Assembly: GCA_963668695.2 (NCBI GenBank)
Contig: CAXXLQ010000004.1
Coordinates: 1,792,001-1,856,000, forward strand
From: Vicinamibacteria bacterium
GTDB lineage: Bacteria; Acidobacteriota; Vicinamibacteria; Marinacidobacterales; Marinacidobacteraceae
Direction: 5' to 3'
Length of the DNA stretch: 64,000 bases
A program made the position numbers and the translations under genes. The notes below the pieces were generated by a model. The model was not told the DNA's origin. It made no database searches and worked only from the letters and a program-made list of their open reading frames with translations. Of the stretch, positions 63,546 through 64,000 are shown piece by piece. How positions within the stretch are numbered: position 1 is the stretch's first letter; every line of letters begins with the position of its first letter.

Positions 63546-64000
63546 ATGAGTCAAATCGTCAGAGATTCCTGGCCCCGAAGGGCCGGCGTTCTCCGAAGGG
63601 TCGGCGTGCTGCTTGCCGCCGCCGTTTCTCTTGCCGCGCTGGCGGTCGGGGCGTCGGCGCAGCCCAACAAACTCGCCCTCGTGGGCGGGATGCTTCTGGA
63701 TGGCTATGAAGTCCCGCCCCTCCATCACGCGGCCGTGCTCATCGAGGGGGAGCGCATCGTCCGGGTGGGGCCGGCGGCGGAGATCGAGATCCCGGCCGAC
63801 TACCAGGTTGTCGACACCAGCGGCAGGACAATGTTGCCCGGGCTCATCGACCTTCACGCTCATCTGGTCATCCTGGGCCACGGTGACTACGGTGAGTGGT
63901 TCCCGTGGGTGGAGGAGCGCGGCCGGGAAGAGACGATTGACGAGGTCATGGCCATCTCGGCCAGACAGTTGCTCATGGCCGGCGTCACGTCGGCGATGGA
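63546..64000 (+). CDS. Amidohydrolase, partial
   Basis: Manual translation: signal peptide, LIEGERI, MLPGLIDLHAH. Confidence 0.88.
   Translation, partial: MSQIVRDSWPRRAGVLRRVGVLLAAAVSLAALAVGASAQPNKLALVGGMLLDGYEVPPLHHAAVLIEGERIVRVGPAAEIEIPADYQVVDTSGRTMLPGLIDLHAHLVILGHGDYGEWFPWVEERGREETIDEVMAISARQLLMAGVTSAM

Overview
GC-rich bacterial chromosomal segment. The gene content (Oar-like TonB receptor, DUF1592/DUF1552/ankyrin/NHL cluster, many lipoproteins) suggests Acidobacteriota or a similar lineage; this is inference, not a database result. Housekeeping genes include gltA, ispG, pxpA/pxpBC, tesA-ybbAP-like, msrP, pgi-like, a complete Rrf2-sufBCDSUT operon, a P450 and several peptidases. A tiny bTHX ribosomal protein gene absent from the ORF track is also present. 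Accessory material includes three type II TA pairs, a DUF6932-HTH pair, a sacsin-like ATPase/DUF3883 protein, a decayed DUF5131/TcmP pair and an intact IS1182. The most striking feature is a layered repeat system. (1) Six 170-215 bp MITE-like hairpin elements with IS1182-like ends; four sit inside coding sequences, one of them in frame. (2) Abundant REP-like hairpins. (3) A near-invariant 21-bp sequence, GCCAGTTCTCCCGGTGGGGGC, seen 14 times, always inserted into those hairpin repeats at seven different positions, with empty counterparts present in the same window. No rRNA, tRNA or CRISPR array was recognised.
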